From Bacteroidia bacterium (GTDB lineage: Bacteria; Bacteroidota; Bacteroidia; AKYH767-A; 2013-40CM-41-45), in assembly GCA_038206355.1 (NCBI GenBank), contig JBBRAY010000007.1, forward strand, positions 57,350-121,349: a stretch of DNA of 64,000 nt, in the 5' to 3' direction. Positions 51,953 to 62,020 of this stretch are shown piece after piece. The stretch's first letter is position 1; each line of letters starts with the position of its first letter. The position numbers were made by a program, and so were the translations under genes. Below the pieces are notes generated by a model. That model ran no database searches, had not been told where the DNA came from, and worked only from the letters and a program-made list of their open reading frames with translations.

Positions 51953-52144
51953 ATGATAACCAGTATGATTAAAAGATTAGACAGAAGAAGAGACCGCAGC
52001 CGCAGAAAAAAAGTAAAAGGCGAACATGATGCAAGCACACGCATCAAGGTTCAGCTTGATCACAAAACGATGATGATCGTACATAGCATGAGCGCTTTTA
52101 AAATGTGGAAAAAGCGTTACCCTCTGGCTAGGGTTATTGCGTAA
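51953..52144 (+). CDS. Small basic hypothetical protein
   Basis: Only plausible ORF in the gap-tRNA interval; Arg/Lys-rich N-terminus and KVQLDHKT...FKMWKKRYP.A.VI; start 51953 or 51965. Confidence 0.55.
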   Translation: MITSMIKRLDRRRDRSRRKKVKGEHDASTRIKVQLDHKTMMIVHSMSAFKMWKKRYPLARVIA

Positions 52145-52225
52145 GAATCCGCAATGCTTCTTCCGTGATTCAAAGTTTTTTGATGAACGGACGCATTTTT
52201 CAGCTATAAAAATTATCAACGATTA

Positions 52226-52256
52226 TTTGCACAGTAAATATTGTTGTTTACATTTG
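52226..52256 (+). promoter_or_regulatory. Bacteroidota housekeeping promoter (-33 TTTG, -7 TACATTTG) for the tRNA-tuf operon
   Basis: TTTG at 52226, 19-bp spacer, TACATTTG at 52249-52256. Confidence 0.75.
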
Positions 52257-52382
52257 CGTCCCCAAAAAAATGGGGGTGTATTTTCCTTGAAAATATATTG
52301 AAAATTGCCGATGACCAGCAATTCAGATGGTAAATGAGATTATTACGCCTGAGTTGAGTGAAGTAGGTAAGTATTGATAAAA

Positions 52383-52456
52383 GCCGATGTAGCTCAGTTG
52401 GTCAGAGCTACTGATTTGTAATCAGTAGGTCGGGGGTTCGAATCCCTCCATCGGCT
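52383..52456 (+). tRNA. tRNA-Thr(TGT)
   Basis: Acceptor gccgatg/catcggc, anticodon arm ctgat-ttgtaa-tcag, GTTCGAATC. Confidence 0.96.
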
Positions 52457-52459
52457 CAT

Positions 52460-52518
52460 AATCACCGAAGCTTTAGCGAAGGTGATTCATAATCACCGGA
52501 GTAACAACAAAGGTGATT
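52460..52518. repeat. Two tandem AATCACC...GGTGATT hairpins (REP-like)
   Basis: aatcaccgaagctttagcgaaggtgatt and aatcaccggagtaacaacaaaggtgatt. Confidence 0.65.
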
Positions 52519-52580
52519 CTTATAAGTAGTTGCTTAATCGAAGGCGACTCAGGTTCTTTGAATATCAGAATGAATTGGAA

Positions 52581-52663
52581 GGGGCGATACCAGAGTGGCC
52601 AAATGGGGCAGACTGTAAATCTGCTGGCTTACGCCTACGGAGGTTCGAATCCTCCTCGCCCCA
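52581..52663 (+). tRNA. tRNA-Tyr(GTA)
   Basis: ggggcga/tcgcccc acceptor, gcaga-ctgtaaa-tctgc, long variable arm. Confidence 0.96.
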
Positions 52664-52716
52664 CATGGTCACAAGCGATGGATATGATTTCCGTATTCAG
52701 GAATGAAAATAATTAA

Positions 52717-52789
52717 GCGGAAGTAGCTCATTTGGTAGAGCGATAGCCTTCCAAGCTATAGGTGGCGGGTTCGAGCCCCGTCTTCCGCT
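52717..52789 (+). tRNA. tRNA-Gly(TCC)
   Basis: gcggaag/cttccgc acceptor, tagc-cttccaa-gcta. Confidence 0.96.
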
Positions 52790-52870
52790 CAAAGTGGTAA
52801 TAGGAAATGGAAAAATAGTAAAAGGTGTTTAGCCTCAAACTTTAAGACCTCAAACCTCAAAACCAGAAAA

Positions 52871-52943
52871 GCCAATGTAGCTCAGTTGGTAGAGCACATC
52901 CTTGGTAGGGATGAGGTCACCGGTTCGATCCTGGTCATTGGCT
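52871..52943 (+). tRNA. tRNA-Thr(GGT)
   Basis: gccaatg/cattggc acceptor, atcc-ttggtag-ggat. Confidence 0.95.
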
Positions 52944-53033
52944 CAGAAGAAAGAAGAAGAAGGAAAACAAATAGTTTAGAAGAATAATTTGACCCGTGGA
53001 ATTGATAAAATAGAAAACCCGTCAGGGGAGTGT

Positions 53034-53082
53034 GTCACCGGTTCGTCCCGATAGCTATCGGGACTGGTCATTGGCTCAGAAG
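53034..53082 (+). pseudogene. 3' half copy of tRNA-Thr(GGT) with an 18-bp palindrome in the T-loop
   Basis: gtcaccggttcg[tcccgatagctatcggga]ctggtcattggctcagaag versus intact gtcaccggttcg-atc-ctggtcattggctcagaag. Confidence 0.9.
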
Positions 53083-53132
53083 TAAAAATTAGAGAAGAAT
53101 ATAAATAGAGAGTAATTTGAGTTCAGAATAGA

Positions 53133-53210
53133 TTTGGTAGGTTATCCGCAACGGCGGAAGATCACCGGTTCGTCCCGATAGCTATCGGGACTGGTCATTG
53201 GCTCAGAAGA
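53133..53210 (+). pseudogene. Second partial copy of tRNA-Thr(GGT) with two inserted palindromes
   Basis: tttggtagg-tta[tccgcaacggcgga]agatcaccggttcg[tcccgatagctatcggga]ctggtcattggctcagaaga. Confidence 0.88.
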
Positions 53211-53335
53211 CAGAAGAAGAAAGTAAATTGAAGAGAATTGCATTCATTAATTACATCACAGATTATTTAACTTAACCGGCTTCCTTAAAATCAAAATAAA
53301 TCAATCGTTTTAACAACATTTAATCATTAAATAAA

Positions 53336-54523
53336 ATGGCAAAAGCAAAATTCGAACGTAACAAACCCCATGTGAATATTGGTACCATCGGTCACGTTGA
53401 CCACGGTAAAACAACCCTTACAGCTGCAATCACTGCTGTTCTTTCTGAAAAAGGATTTGCAGAAGTTCGTTCATTCGACTCAATTGATAATGCTCCTGAA
53501 GAAAAAGAGCGTGGTATTACTATTAATACTGCACACGTAGAATACCAAACAGAGAAGCGTCACTATGCGCACGTTGACTGTCCGGGCCACGCTGACTATG
53601 TAAAAAACATGGTTACCGGTGCTGCCCAGATGGACGGAGCTATTCTTGTAGTTGCTGCTACTGACGGACCGATGCCACAAACACGGGAACATATCCTTCT
53701 TGCACGTCAGGTTGGAGTTCCTAAGATTGTGGTTTTCATGAATAAGGCCGACATGGTTGACGATCCGGAACTTCTTGACCTCGTTGAGATGGAAATCCGT
53801 GACCTGTTAACTTTCTATCAGTTTGATGGAAACGCTACTCCTATCATCCGTGGTTCTGCTTTGGGTGGTTTGAATAAAGATGCTAAATGGGTTCCTGCAA
53901 TTATGGAATTGATGGATGCAGTAGATACTTTCATTCCTGTTCCTCCGCGTGAAGTTGACAAGCCTTTTCTTATGCCTGTTGAGGACGTGTTCTCAATCAC
54001 AGGTCGTGGAACTGTTGCAACAGGACGTATTGAGCGTGGTGTAATTAATTCAGGAGAAGAAGTTGACATCATTGGTATGCAGGAGATTTCTTTGAAGTCA
54101 ACTGTTACCGGTGTGGAAATGTTCCGTAAAATTCTTGACAGAGGTGAAGCCGGTGATAACGTTGGTCTTCTTCTTCGCGGTATTGAAAAGGATCAGATCC
54201 GCAGAGGAATGGTGGTTGCAAAACCGGGTTCCATTACTCCGCATACTCAGTTCAAAGCTGAAATTTATGTATTGAAGAAGGAAGAAGGTGGACGCCACAC
54301 TCCTTTCCATAATAAATATCGCCCGCAGTTTTATCTCCGTACCACTGACGTTACAGGTGAAATTACTTTACCTGAAGGTCGCGAAATGGTGATGCCGGGA
54401 GATAACGTTACAATTTCTGTAAGCCTGATTCAACCTGTTGCAATGGACAAAGGTCTTCGCTTCGCTATCCGTGAAGGTGGACGTACCGTTGGTGCAGGAC
54501 AGGTAATTGAGATCGTAAAATAA
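53336..54523 (+). CDS. tuf: Elongation factor Tu
   Basis: [37 protein letters not shown]. Confidence 0.99.
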   Translation: MAKAKFERNKPHVNIGTIGHVDHGKTTLTAAITAVLSEKGFAEVRSFDSIDNAPEEKERGITINTAHVEYQTEKRHYAHVDCPGHADYVKNMVTGAAQMDGAILVVAATDGPMPQTREHILLARQVGVPKIVVFMNKADMVDDPELLDLVEMEIRDLLTFYQFDGNATPIIRGSALGGLNKDAKWVPAIMELMDAVDTFIPVPPREVDKPFLMPVEDVFSITGRGTVATGRIERGVINSGEEVDIIGMQEISLKSTVTGVEMFRKILDRGEAGDNVGLLLRGIEKDQIRRGMVVAKPGSITPHTQFKAEIYVLKKEEGGRHTPFHNKYRPQFYLRTTDVTGEITLPEGREMVMPGDNVTISVSLIQPVAMDKGLRFAIREGGRTVGAGQVIEIVK

Positions 54524-54606
54524 GTTGGCAATAGGCAGTTGGCAGTGTGCAAACACAAACGAAATCGTGTTCAAATTGCCAATTGCCAACTGCTTACTGC
54601 CAATTG
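54524..54606. repeat. Inverted heptamer arrays (ttggcag-type / ctgccaa-type)
   Basis: gttggcaataggcagttggcagtgtgcaaac...attgccaattgccaactgcttactgccaattg. Confidence 0.75.
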
Positions 54607-54610
54607 AATT

Positions 54611-54671
54611 ACGGGTGTAGCTCATCCCGATAGCTATCGGGAGGTAGAGTAGTCCGCCTCGGCGGATTGGC
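54611..54671 (+). pseudogene. 5' partial copy of tRNA-Trp with a palindrome in the D-loop and a replaced anticodon arm
   Basis: acgggtgtagctca[tcccgatagctatcggga]ggtagagtag[tccgcctcggcgga]ttggc. Confidence 0.9.
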
Positions 54672-54698
54672 AGAAGAGTTTGAGCTAGTTAAAATTGA

Positions 54699-54771
54699 AC
54701 GGGTGTAGCTCAATTGGTAGAGTAGCGGTCTCCAAAACCGTTGGCTGGGAGTTCGAGTCTCTCCACCCGTG
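54699..54771 (+). tRNA. tRNA-Trp(CCA)
   Basis: acgggtg/cacccgt acceptor, gcggt-ctccaaa-accgt; canonical tuf-trpT-secE position. Confidence 0.96.
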
Positions 54772-54804
54772 CGAAAGAAGAAAGTGGAAAATTGATAATT
54801 GTCA

Positions 54805-54841
54805 GGGAGTTCGTCCCGATAGCTATCGGGACTCTCCACCC
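54805..54841 (+). pseudogene. 3' partial copy of tRNA-Trp with a palindrome in the T-loop
   Basis: gggagttcg[tcccgatagctatcggga]ctctccaccc versus intact gggagttcg-agt-ctctccaccc. Confidence 0.9.
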
Positions 54842-54939
54842 AAACGAAGGAAATTAGTTAATGATCATTCTTTATTAGCTGAGTGAAATAGAATTTAAAA
54901 TAGAATGTTTTTCGAATAACAAATAACGGTAAAGCAACA

Positions 54940-55134
54940 ATGAGCAAAGTAACCGCATATATAAAAGAAAGCTACGTTGAACTGGTAGAAAAAGTATCGT
55001 GGCCTACGTGGAGCGAACTTCAAGACAGTGTGGTTGTTGTGATGATCGCATCGCTCATCATTGCATTTATTATTTTCGTTATGGACTTTGGTATTCAGAG
55101 CCTGATGAATCTGTTTTATAAAATGGTAGGATAA
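54940..55134 (+). CDS. secE: Preprotein translocase subunit SecE
   Basis: EL..KVSWP.W.EL plus one TM helix; synteny. Confidence 0.95.
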   Translation: MSKVTAYIKESYVELVEKVSWPTWSELQDSVVVVMIASLIIAFIIFVMDFGIQSLMNLFYKMVG

Positions 55135-55139
55135 CTGTT

Positions 55140-55718
55140 ATGGTAAAAGCACCTGTGAAAAAAGAAATTGTTAAGCCTGATCTTACACTGAAATGGTACG
55201 TTGTGCGTGCAATCAGTGGAAAGGAAAAGAAGGTGAAGCAATATATTGAGTCAGAGATCAGCCGTTTGAAGATGGGTGATTATGTAAAGCAGGTACTTGT
55301 TCCGACTGAGAAAATCTATCAGATCAGAAACGGGAAAAAGACAAGCAAAGAACGTCAGATGCTTCCCGGTTATGTATTTATTGAAGCACTATTGACCGGC
55401 GAAATACCACACATTATTCAAAACATTTCAGGTGTGATTAATTTTCTGGGACCCAAAGGTGAAGCGCCGGCTCCGTTGCGTCAGAGTGAGATCAACAGGA
55501 TCATGGGCAAGATGGACGAGGCGGCTGACAGCGAAGCGGTGATGAATGTGCCTTATGTAGTTGGTGAATCAGTAAAAGTGATTGATGGCCCGTTCAACAG
55601 TTTTACCGGAGTAATTGAAGAAATTAATGAAGAGAAAAAGAAACTCAAGGTTATGGTTAAAATCTTCGGACGTAAAACTCCGCTTGAGTTGAGTTATATG
55701 CAGGTTGAGAAGGAATAA
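55140..55718 (+). CDS. nusG: Transcription termination/antitermination factor NusG
   Basis: WYVV...SG.E, PGYV, KOW motif GPF..F.G, IFGRKTP.EL. Confidence 0.97.
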   Translation: MVKAPVKKEIVKPDLTLKWYVVRAISGKEKKVKQYIESEISRLKMGDYVKQVLVPTEKIYQIRNGKKTSKERQMLPGYVFIEALLTGEIPHIIQNISGVINFLGPKGEAPAPLRQSEINRIMGKMDEAADSEAVMNVPYVVGESVKVIDGPFNSFTGVIEEINEEKKKLKVMVKIFGRKTPLELSYMQVEKE

Positions 55719-55719
55719 T

Positions 55720-55790
55720 TGAAATCAGAAATGAGATATCAGATATGAGAAGCTTCCACCTCAGATCTTAAATCTCAGATCTCAAATCTT
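55720..55790. repeat. Inverted heptamer arrays (atgagat-type / atctcag-type)
   Basis: gaaatcagaaatgagatatcagatatgagaag...cctcagatcttaaatctcagatctcaaatctt. Confidence 0.7.
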
Positions 55791-55797
55791 ATTAAAA

Positions 55798-56235
55798 ATG
55801 GCAAAAGAAATAGCAACATTTATAAAACTCCAGGTTAAAGGCGGTGCAGCGAATCCTGCTCCACCAATCGGACCGGCACTCGGTGCAAAGGGCGTTAACA
55901 TCATGGAGTTCTGCAAGCAGTTCAATGCACGCACCCAACAGGATGCCGGCAAGGTACTTCCTGTAACCATCACCGTTTATACCGATAAGTCGTTTGAGTT
56001 TGTAATTAAAACTCCTCCGGCAGCAATTCAGCTTCTTGATTTTGCTAAAATCAAAAGCGGTTCAAAGGAATCAAACAGAAATAAAGTTGGTTCTGTAAGC
56101 TGGGATCAGGTACGCACAGTGGCTGAAATTAAAATGCCGGATCTTAATTGCTTTACAATTGAGTCGGCAATGAGTATGGTAGCAGGTACCGCACGCAGTA
56201 TGGGTATTGAAGTTAAAGGTGTAAAACCTTTTTAA
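55798..56235 (+). CDS. rplK: 50S ribosomal protein L11
   Basis: [26 protein letters not shown]. Confidence 0.98.
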   Translation: MAKEIATFIKLQVKGGAANPAPPIGPALGAKGVNIMEFCKQFNARTQQDAGKVLPVTITVYTDKSFEFVIKTPPAAIQLLDFAKIKSGSKESNRNKVGSVSWDQVRTVAEIKMPDLNCFTIESAMSMVAGTARSMGIEVKGVKPF

Positions 56236-56305
56236 TAATTGGTTTACTGATCCGGTACTGCAAACTCCCGAATCAAATAAATCAACAGTAATCAGTTCAT
56301 TAACA

Positions 56306-56343
56306 GAAGGAGGGTAAGATTGCATCAACCCCGCTTGCACTTC
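56306..56343 (+). promoter_or_regulatory. Putative L1-binding autoregulatory mRNA site upstream of rplA
   Basis: gaag-GAG-ggt...acc-c-CG-cttgca-cttc resembles the L1 asymmetric-loop operator architecture. Confidence 0.4.
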
Positions 56344-56357
56344 ATAAATTTATATCA

Positions 56358-57050
56358 ATGGCAAAAGTCACAAAGAAGAGGAAACAAGCCCTCTTAAAAG
56401 TAGATCGCACCAAGCACTACTCGTTAGCAGAAGCTACAAAACTTGTTAAAGAAATTTCCAACACTAAATTTGATTCATCAGTTGACCTGAGTGTTTTCCT
56501 CGGAGTTGACCCCCGTAAGGCAAACCAAATGGTTCGCGGAATTGTTACGCTTCCGCACGGAACAGGTAAAACAAAAAAAGTACTTGTGCTTTGCACTCCT
56601 GACAAAGAGCAGGAAGCAAAGGATGCCGGTGCTGACTATGTCGGGATGGACGAATATATCACCAAGATCGAGCAGGGTTGGGTGGATATTGATGTTGTAA
56701 TCACCATGCCTGCAGCAATGGGTAAGGTTGGTCGCCTTGGTAAAGTTTTAGGTCCAAGAAACCTGATGCCGAATCCAAAAACAGGAACTGTTACCAATGA
56801 CATCGGCAAAGCCGTGAAAGAGGTTAAGGCCGGTAAAATTGATTTCAAAGTTGACAAGCAATCTCACATTCATACTTCTGTCGGCAAAGCTTCCTTCGAT
56901 GCACAGAAACTGGAAGAGAATGCGCGTGAACTCATCAACAGCATTGTCAAGTTGAAACCTTCTTCAGCAAAGGGAACTTATCTGAGGAGTGTTTACATTT
57001 CAAGCACCATGAGTCCTTCTGTACAGATAGACACCAAGGAGCTTAGCTAA
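56358..57050 (+). CDS. rplA: 50S ribosomal protein L1
   Basis: KFD.SVD, LGVDPRK, LPHGTGK, LGPR.LMPNPK.GTV. Confidence 0.98.
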   Translation: MAKVTKKRKQALLKVDRTKHYSLAEATKLVKEISNTKFDSSVDLSVFLGVDPRKANQMVRGIVTLPHGTGKTKKVLVLCTPDKEQEAKDAGADYVGMDEYITKIEQGWVDIDVVITMPAAMGKVGRLGKVLGPRNLMPNPKTGTVTNDIGKAVKEVKAGKIDFKVDKQSHIHTSVGKASFDAQKLEENARELINSIVKLKPSSAKGTYLRSVYISSTMSPSVQIDTKELS

Positions 57051-57089
57051 GATTTGATATTGTTTTTATTACCCGTTAAAAACCAAACA

Positions 57090-57617
57090 ATGAAAAAAGA
57101 AGAAAAAAATATTATCATAGATGACCTGGCCGGGATGCTCAGTCAGTATCCTACAGTGTACATCACTGACACCTCTTCGCTCACTGTTGCAAAGACAAGT
57201 CAGTTAAGACGTCTTTGCTTTAACAAAGGCGTGAAGATGATCGTTGCAAAAAACAAGCTCATCCGCAAAGCGATGGAGCGTACCAATAAAGAGGCTTACG
57301 AACCAATCTTCGTTTCCCTGAAAGGCACGAGTGCCATCATGTTCAGCGAAGCAGGAAATGCTCCTGCAAAACTGATCAAGGAATTCCGTAAGGGCGGTGG
57401 TGAAAAGCCTGCAATTAAAGGCGCCTTCATTGATCAAAGTGTTTTCCTGGGAGATAACCAACTGGATATACTTGCGGCATTGAAGAGTAAAAATGAATTG
57501 ATCGGCGATATCATTGGCTTGTTGCAATCACCTGCACAAAATGTGATCAGTGCCCTTCAGAGTAGTGGCGGTAAACTGGCAGGAATTGTAAAAACCTTGT
57601 CAGAACGCCCTGAATAA
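57090..57617 (+). CDS. rplJ: 50S ribosomal protein L10
   Basis: Start MKKEEK at 57090; LRR, V.KN.L, L.SK.ELIG.IIGLLQSPA. Confidence 0.96.
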   Translation: MKKEEKNIIIDDLAGMLSQYPTVYITDTSSLTVAKTSQLRRLCFNKGVKMIVAKNKLIRKAMERTNKEAYEPIFVSLKGTSAIMFSEAGNAPAKLIKEFRKGGGEKPAIKGAFIDQSVFLGDNQLDILAALKSKNELIGDIIGLLQSPAQNVISALQSSGGKLAGIVKTLSERPE

Positions 57618-57679
57618 TTTCGGCTTCCTTTCCAAATAAATATAAATTAAAAATTCTTAATCCTTAAACAACAAATATC

Positions 57680-58054
57680 ATGGCAGATTTAAAAGCATTC
57701 GCTGATCAGTTAGTAAACCTGACAGTGAAAGAAGTAAATGAACTTGCAAAAATTTTAAAAGATGAGTACGGTATCGAGCCGGCTGCTGCTGCAGTTGCTG
57801 TAGCTGCATCAGGTGATGGTGGTGGTGGAGCTGCTGCTGAGAAAACATCTTTTGACGTAATCCTTAAAGCACCGGGCGGAGCAAAATTAGCTATCGTTAA
57901 ACTTGTAAAAGAACTTACAGGCCTTGGACTTAAAGAAGCGAAAGATCTGGTTGACGGAGCTCCAAAAGCAGTAAAAGAAGGTGTTACTAAAGAAGAAGCA
58001 AATTCTATTAAGCAACAGTTAGAAGAAGCAGGCGCTGAAGTTGAAGTTAAGTAA
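57680..58054 (+). CDS. rplL: 50S ribosomal protein L7/L12
   Basis: Ala/Gly hinge, [20 protein letters not shown]. Confidence 0.98.
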   Translation: MADLKAFADQLVNLTVKEVNELAKILKDEYGIEPAAAAVAVAASGDGGGGAAAEKTSFDVILKAPGGAKLAIVKLVKELTGLGLKEAKDLVDGAPKAVKEGVTKEEANSIKQQLEEAGAEVEVK

Positions 58055-58109
58055 GTTGTTTCTTCTGTTGAAGAGTTCATCCCGGATCCTTCCGGAAAAG
58101 GGATGTAGC

Positions 58110-58169
58110 GTTTAGGTTTAAAGTTTAAGATTCGGAATATTCCGGACTTAAACTTTAAGCATTAAACTT
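58110..58169. repeat. Inverted heptamer-like hairpin between rplL and rpoB
   Basis: gtttaggtttaaagtttaag-attcggaatattccgga-cttaaactttaagcattaaactt. Confidence 0.6.
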
Positions 58170-58206
58170 TATACAGTTTTAGTCAATTACTTAAATTCCG
58201 ATCAAC

Positions 58207-61200
58207 GTGTCAGCAACTCTCAGCCCCAAAAGAATAAACTTCTCAACCAGCAAACACGGAATAGAATATCCTGACTTCCTCGACATTCAGTTGAAGTCGT
58301 TTCAGGATTTCTTCCAACTGGAAACCACTTCTGACAATCGCCAGAATGAAGGTTTGTACAAAGTATTCAGCGAGAATTTTCCGATTACGGACTCGCGCAA
58401 TAACTTCGTACTTGAATTCCTCGATTACTTTATTGATCCCCCACGTTATTCGATCGATGAATGTATCGAGCGCGGACTAACGCACAGCGTTCCGCTCAAA
58501 GCGAAATTAAAATTATATTGTACAGATCCCGAGCACGAGGATTTTGAAACCATTGTGCAGGATGTGTATCTAGGTACCATTCCGTACATGACACCGAAAG
58601 GTACCTTCGTGATCAATGGAGCAGAACGCGTTGTCGTGTCGCAGCTCCACCGTTCACCGGGAGTATTCTTCGGACAAAGCCGTCATGCCAATGGAACAAA
58701 ATTGTATTCAGCCCGCGTAATTCCGTTTAAGGGATCATGGATCGAGTTTGCGACGGACATCAACAGTGTCATGTATGCTTACATTGATCGCAAGAAAAAA
58801 TTCCCGGTTACCACTTTGCTTCGTGCAATTGGTTACCAGTTTGACAAAGACATCCTGGAAATCTTCGGCCTGGCAGATGAAGTGAAAGTCAGTAAGGCTG
58901 CACTTAAAACCAGTATCGGTAGAAAACTCGCTGCACGTGTTTTGAAAACATGGGTGGAGGACTTCGTTGATGAAGATACAGGTGAGGTGGTTTCTATCGA
59001 GCGTAATGAAGTAGTCATCGAGCGTGAGACGATCATCGAAGATCATCACGTTGATTTGATACTTGATGCCGGATCAAAGGCAATCATTCTTCACAAAGCA
59101 GAAATCAATGCAGGTGATTATGCAATCATCTATAACACCATGCAGAAAGACACTTCCAATTCAGAAAAGGAAGCTGTCGAATATATTTACCGTCAGTTGC
59201 GTAATGCGGAACCACCGGATTATGAAACTGCCCGCGGTATCATTGACAAATTATTTTTCTCTGATAAGAGGTATGACCTCGGTGATGTAGGCCGTTACCG
59301 TATCAACAAAAAGTTGGGATTACAAATCCCTTCAGATACACGCGTGCTTACCAAGGAAGATATTATCATGATCATAAAAAATCTGATTCAGCTGGTGAAT
59401 TCCAAAGCTGAAGTAGATGATATCGATCACTTATCTAACAGGCGTGTGCGAACTGTCGGAGAGCAATTGTATACGCAGTTCGGAATTGGTTTGGCCCGTA
59501 TGGCGCGTACCATCCGTGAGCGTATGAACGTTCGCGACAATGAAGTTTTCACACCTGCTGACCTGATCAATGCGAAGACACTTTCTTCCGTGATCAATTC
59601 ATTCTTCGGTACCAATCAGCTTTCTCAGTTTATGGATCAAACCAATCCACTCGCTGAGATCACGCATAAGAGAAGGTTGTCAGCCCTCGGGCCCGGCGGT
59701 CTTTCAAGAGAGCGTGCAGGATTTGAAGTACGTGACGTTCACTATACGCACTACGGACGTCTTTGCACAATTGAAACTCCTGAAGGTCCGAATATCGGTT
59801 TGATCTCCTCTCTCTGTGTATATGCCAAGATCAATAACCTTGGATTCATCGAGACGCCATACCGTACACTTACCAATGGTAAAGTAGACGTTGATAAACC
59901 GGTAATCTATCTTACTGCTGAAGAAGAAGATAATAAGGTAATCGCGCAGGCGAATGCAAATATTGATGAGCATGGAAAGTTTAAGGATCAGAAAGTAAAG
60001 GCACGTTACCTCGGTGATTTTCCTTTGCTGGAGCCGGAGAAAATTAATCTGATGGACGTAGCTCCAAACCAGATTGCATCAATCGCCGCATCCATGATTC
60101 CTTTCCTTGAGCATGATGACGCCAACCGTGCATTGATGGGATCAAACATGCAACGCCAGGCAGTTCCATTGCTTCGTGCTGAAGCGCCGATTGTAGGAAC
60201 GGGACTTGAAGGCCGCATTGCACAAGACTCTCGTGTACTGATCAACGCTGAAGGCGAAGGTGTGGTTGAATACGTTGACTCAAATGAAATAACAATTCGT
60301 TATTCACGTAAGGAAAATGAGAAGCTCGTAAGTTTTGAAGACGATGTTAAAACATACAAGCTTACCAAATTTCATAAAACAAATCAGAGTACCTGTATCA
60401 ATCTGAAACCGATTGTACGCAAAGGCCAGAAGGTGAAAAAAGGACAGGTACTTTCTGAAGGATATGCAACTCAGGATGGTGAACTGGCACTCGGCCGTAA
60501 CCTGAAAGTGGCTTTCATGCCATGGAAAGGTTACAACTTTGAAGATGCCATTGTAATCTCTGAGCGTGTATTGCGAGAAGATATTTTCACATCAATTCAC
60601 ATTGATGAATATTCACTTGAAGTTCGTGATACCAAACGCGGTATGGAAGAACTCACTGCTGATATTCCGAATGTGAGTGAAGATGCAACCAAGGATCTTG
60701 ATGCAAACGGAATTATCCGCATCGGTGCTGAAGTTGCAGAAGGAGATATCCTCATCGGAAAGATCACACCGAAAGGTGAAACAGATCCTTCCCCGGAAGA
60801 AAAATTATTGCGCGCCATTTTCGGTGACAAAGCCGGTGACGTGAAAGACGCTTCTTTGAAAGTTCCCCCTTCTGTAAAAGGTGTGGTAATTGAAAAGCGT
60901 TTGTTCTCCCGTATTCTGATGAAAGATAAAACAGCTAAGAGTGATGAGAAAGTTCTTGTTGAAAAGCTGGATAAAGAATACAATGCAGTTGTCAATGACC
61001 TCAAAGAAAAACTCATTGATAAATTGTTTGTACTGGTAAGCGGAAAAACTTCCCAGGGTGTTGTAGATATTTTCAAAGAAGTGGTTGTTCCGAAAGGAGC
61101 AAAGTTTACACAGAAAATGCTCGCTGATATGAACTACGAGACTGTGAATCCGAACAAATGGACCACAGATAAGGAGAAGAATGATCAGATCAAGCAGTTG

Positions 61201-62019
61201 CTGCACAACTTCACCATTAAGTTTAATGATGTTACCGGTATTTATAAACGCAGAAAATTCTCCCTCACAGTTGGAGACGAATTACCAGCCGGAATCATGC
61301 AGCTTGCAAAAGTTTACATCGCCAAAAAGCGTAAGCTGAAGGTGGGTGATAAGATGGCAGGCCGTCACGGTAACAAGGGTATCGTTGCGAAGATTGTTCG
61401 TGACGAAGACATGCCGTATCTTGAAGACGGAACTCCTGTTGACATTGTGCTCAATCCGCTTGGTGTACCATCACGTATGAACCTTGGTCAGATTTATGAG
61501 ACCATTCTCGGATGGGCAGGAATGAAGCTGGGTGTAAAATTCGCTACGCCGATTTTCGACGGAGCTACCTATGATCAGATTGACGAGTGGGTTACCAAAG
61601 CAAGTCTGCCGAAATTCGGAAGTACATACCTTCATGACGGTGGCACCGGAGAGCAGTTTGACCAGCCTGCTACAGTGGGTGTAATCTACATGCTGAAACT
61701 CGGACACATGGTTGATGATAAGATGCATGCCCGTTCCATCGGTCCATACTCTCTTATCACGCAGCAGCCGCTTGGTGGTAAAGCACAGTTCGGAGGTCAG
61801 CGTTTCGGAGAAATGGAAGTTTGGGCACTCGAAGCATTCGGTGCAGCGAACATCCTCCAGGAAATTCTAACTGTGAAATCCGATGACGTAATCGGCAGGG
61901 CGAAAGCTTATGAGACAATGGTGAAAGGTGATGTGATGCCGACGCCGGGAATTCCGGAATCATTCAACGTATTGTTGCATGAATTGCGCGGACTCGGATT
62001 GAAGATCACGCTTGATTGA
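58207..62019 (+). CDS. rpoB: RNA polymerase beta subunit
   Basis: GTG start; [47 protein letters not shown]. Confidence 0.99.
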   Translation: MSATLSPKRINFSTSKHGIEYPDFLDIQLKSFQDFFQLETTSDNRQNEGLYKVFSENFPITDSRNNFVLEFLDYFIDPPRYSIDECIERGLTHSVPLKAKLKLYCTDPEHEDFETIVQDVYLGTIPYMTPKGTFVINGAERVVVSQLHRSPGVFFGQSRHANGTKLYSARVIPFKGSWIEFATDINSVMYAYIDRKKKFPVTTLLRAIGYQFDKDILEIFGLADEVKVSKAALKTSIGRKLAARVLKTWVEDFVDEDTGEVVSIERNEVVIERETIIEDHHVDLILDAGSKAIILHKAEINAGDYAIIYNTMQKDTSNSEKEAVEYIYRQLRNAEPPDYETARGIIDKLFFSDKRYDLGDVGRYRINKKLGLQIPSDTRVLTKEDIIMIIKNLIQLVNSKAEVDDIDHLSNRRVRTVGEQLYTQFGIGLARMARTIRERMNVRDNEVFTPADLINAKTLSSVINSFFGTNQLSQFMDQTNPLAEITHKRRLSALGPGGLSRERAGFEVRDVHYTHYGRLCTIETPEGPNIGLISSLCVYAKINNLGFIETPYRTLTNGKVDVDKPVIYLTAEEEDNKVIAQANANIDEHGKFKDQKVKARYLGDFPLLEPEKINLMDVAPNQIASIAASMIPFLEHDDANRALMGSNMQRQAVPLLRAEAPIVGTGLEGRIAQDSRVLINAEGEGVVEYVDSNEITIRYSRKENEKLVSFEDDVKTYKLTKFHKTNQSTCINLKPIVRKGQKVKKGQVLSEGYATQDGELALGRNLKVAFMPWKGYNFEDAIVISERVLREDIFTSIHIDEYSLEVRDTKRGMEELTADIPNVSEDATKDLDANGIIRIGAEVAEGDILIGKITPKGETDPSPEEKLLRAIFGDKAGDVKDASLKVPPSVKGVVIEKRLFSRILMKDKTAKSDEKVLVEKLDKEYNAVVNDLKEKLIDKLFVLVSGKTSQGVVDIFKEVVVPKGAKFTQKMLADMNYETVNPNKWTTDKEKNDQIKQLLHNFTIKFNDVTGIYKRRKFSLTVGDELPAGIMQLAKVYIAKKRKLKVGDKMAGRHGNKGIVAKIVRDEDMPYLEDGTPVDIVLNPLGVPSRMNLGQIYETILGWAGMKLGVKFATPIFDGATYDQIDEWVTKASLPKFGSTYLHDGGTGEQFDQPATVGVIYMLKLGHMVDDKMHARSIGPYSLITQQPLGGKAQFGGQRFGEMEVWALEAFGAANILQEILTVKSDDVIGRAKAYETMVKGDVMPTPGIPESFNVLLHELRGLGLKITLD

Positions 62020-62020
62020 T

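Noticed and set aside
52513-52716. 67-aa ORF
   Set aside because: Overlaps tRNA-Tyr.
52916-53210. Three copies of ctggtcattggctcagaag with spacers, read as a CRISPR array
   Set aside because: The repeat is the 3' end of tRNA-Thr(GGT), spacers are about 110 bp, and no cas genes are present.
52871-54841. Duplicated tRNA 3' ends as attL/attR of a prophage or genomic island
   Set aside because: Copies lie within about 300 bp of the parent tRNA with no integrase or cargo between them, and one is a 5' copy.
54609-54886. ORFs 54609-54839 (with repeated PDSYRD) and 54695-54886
   Set aside because: They are translations of the palindrome and of tRNA-Trp, not plausible proteins.
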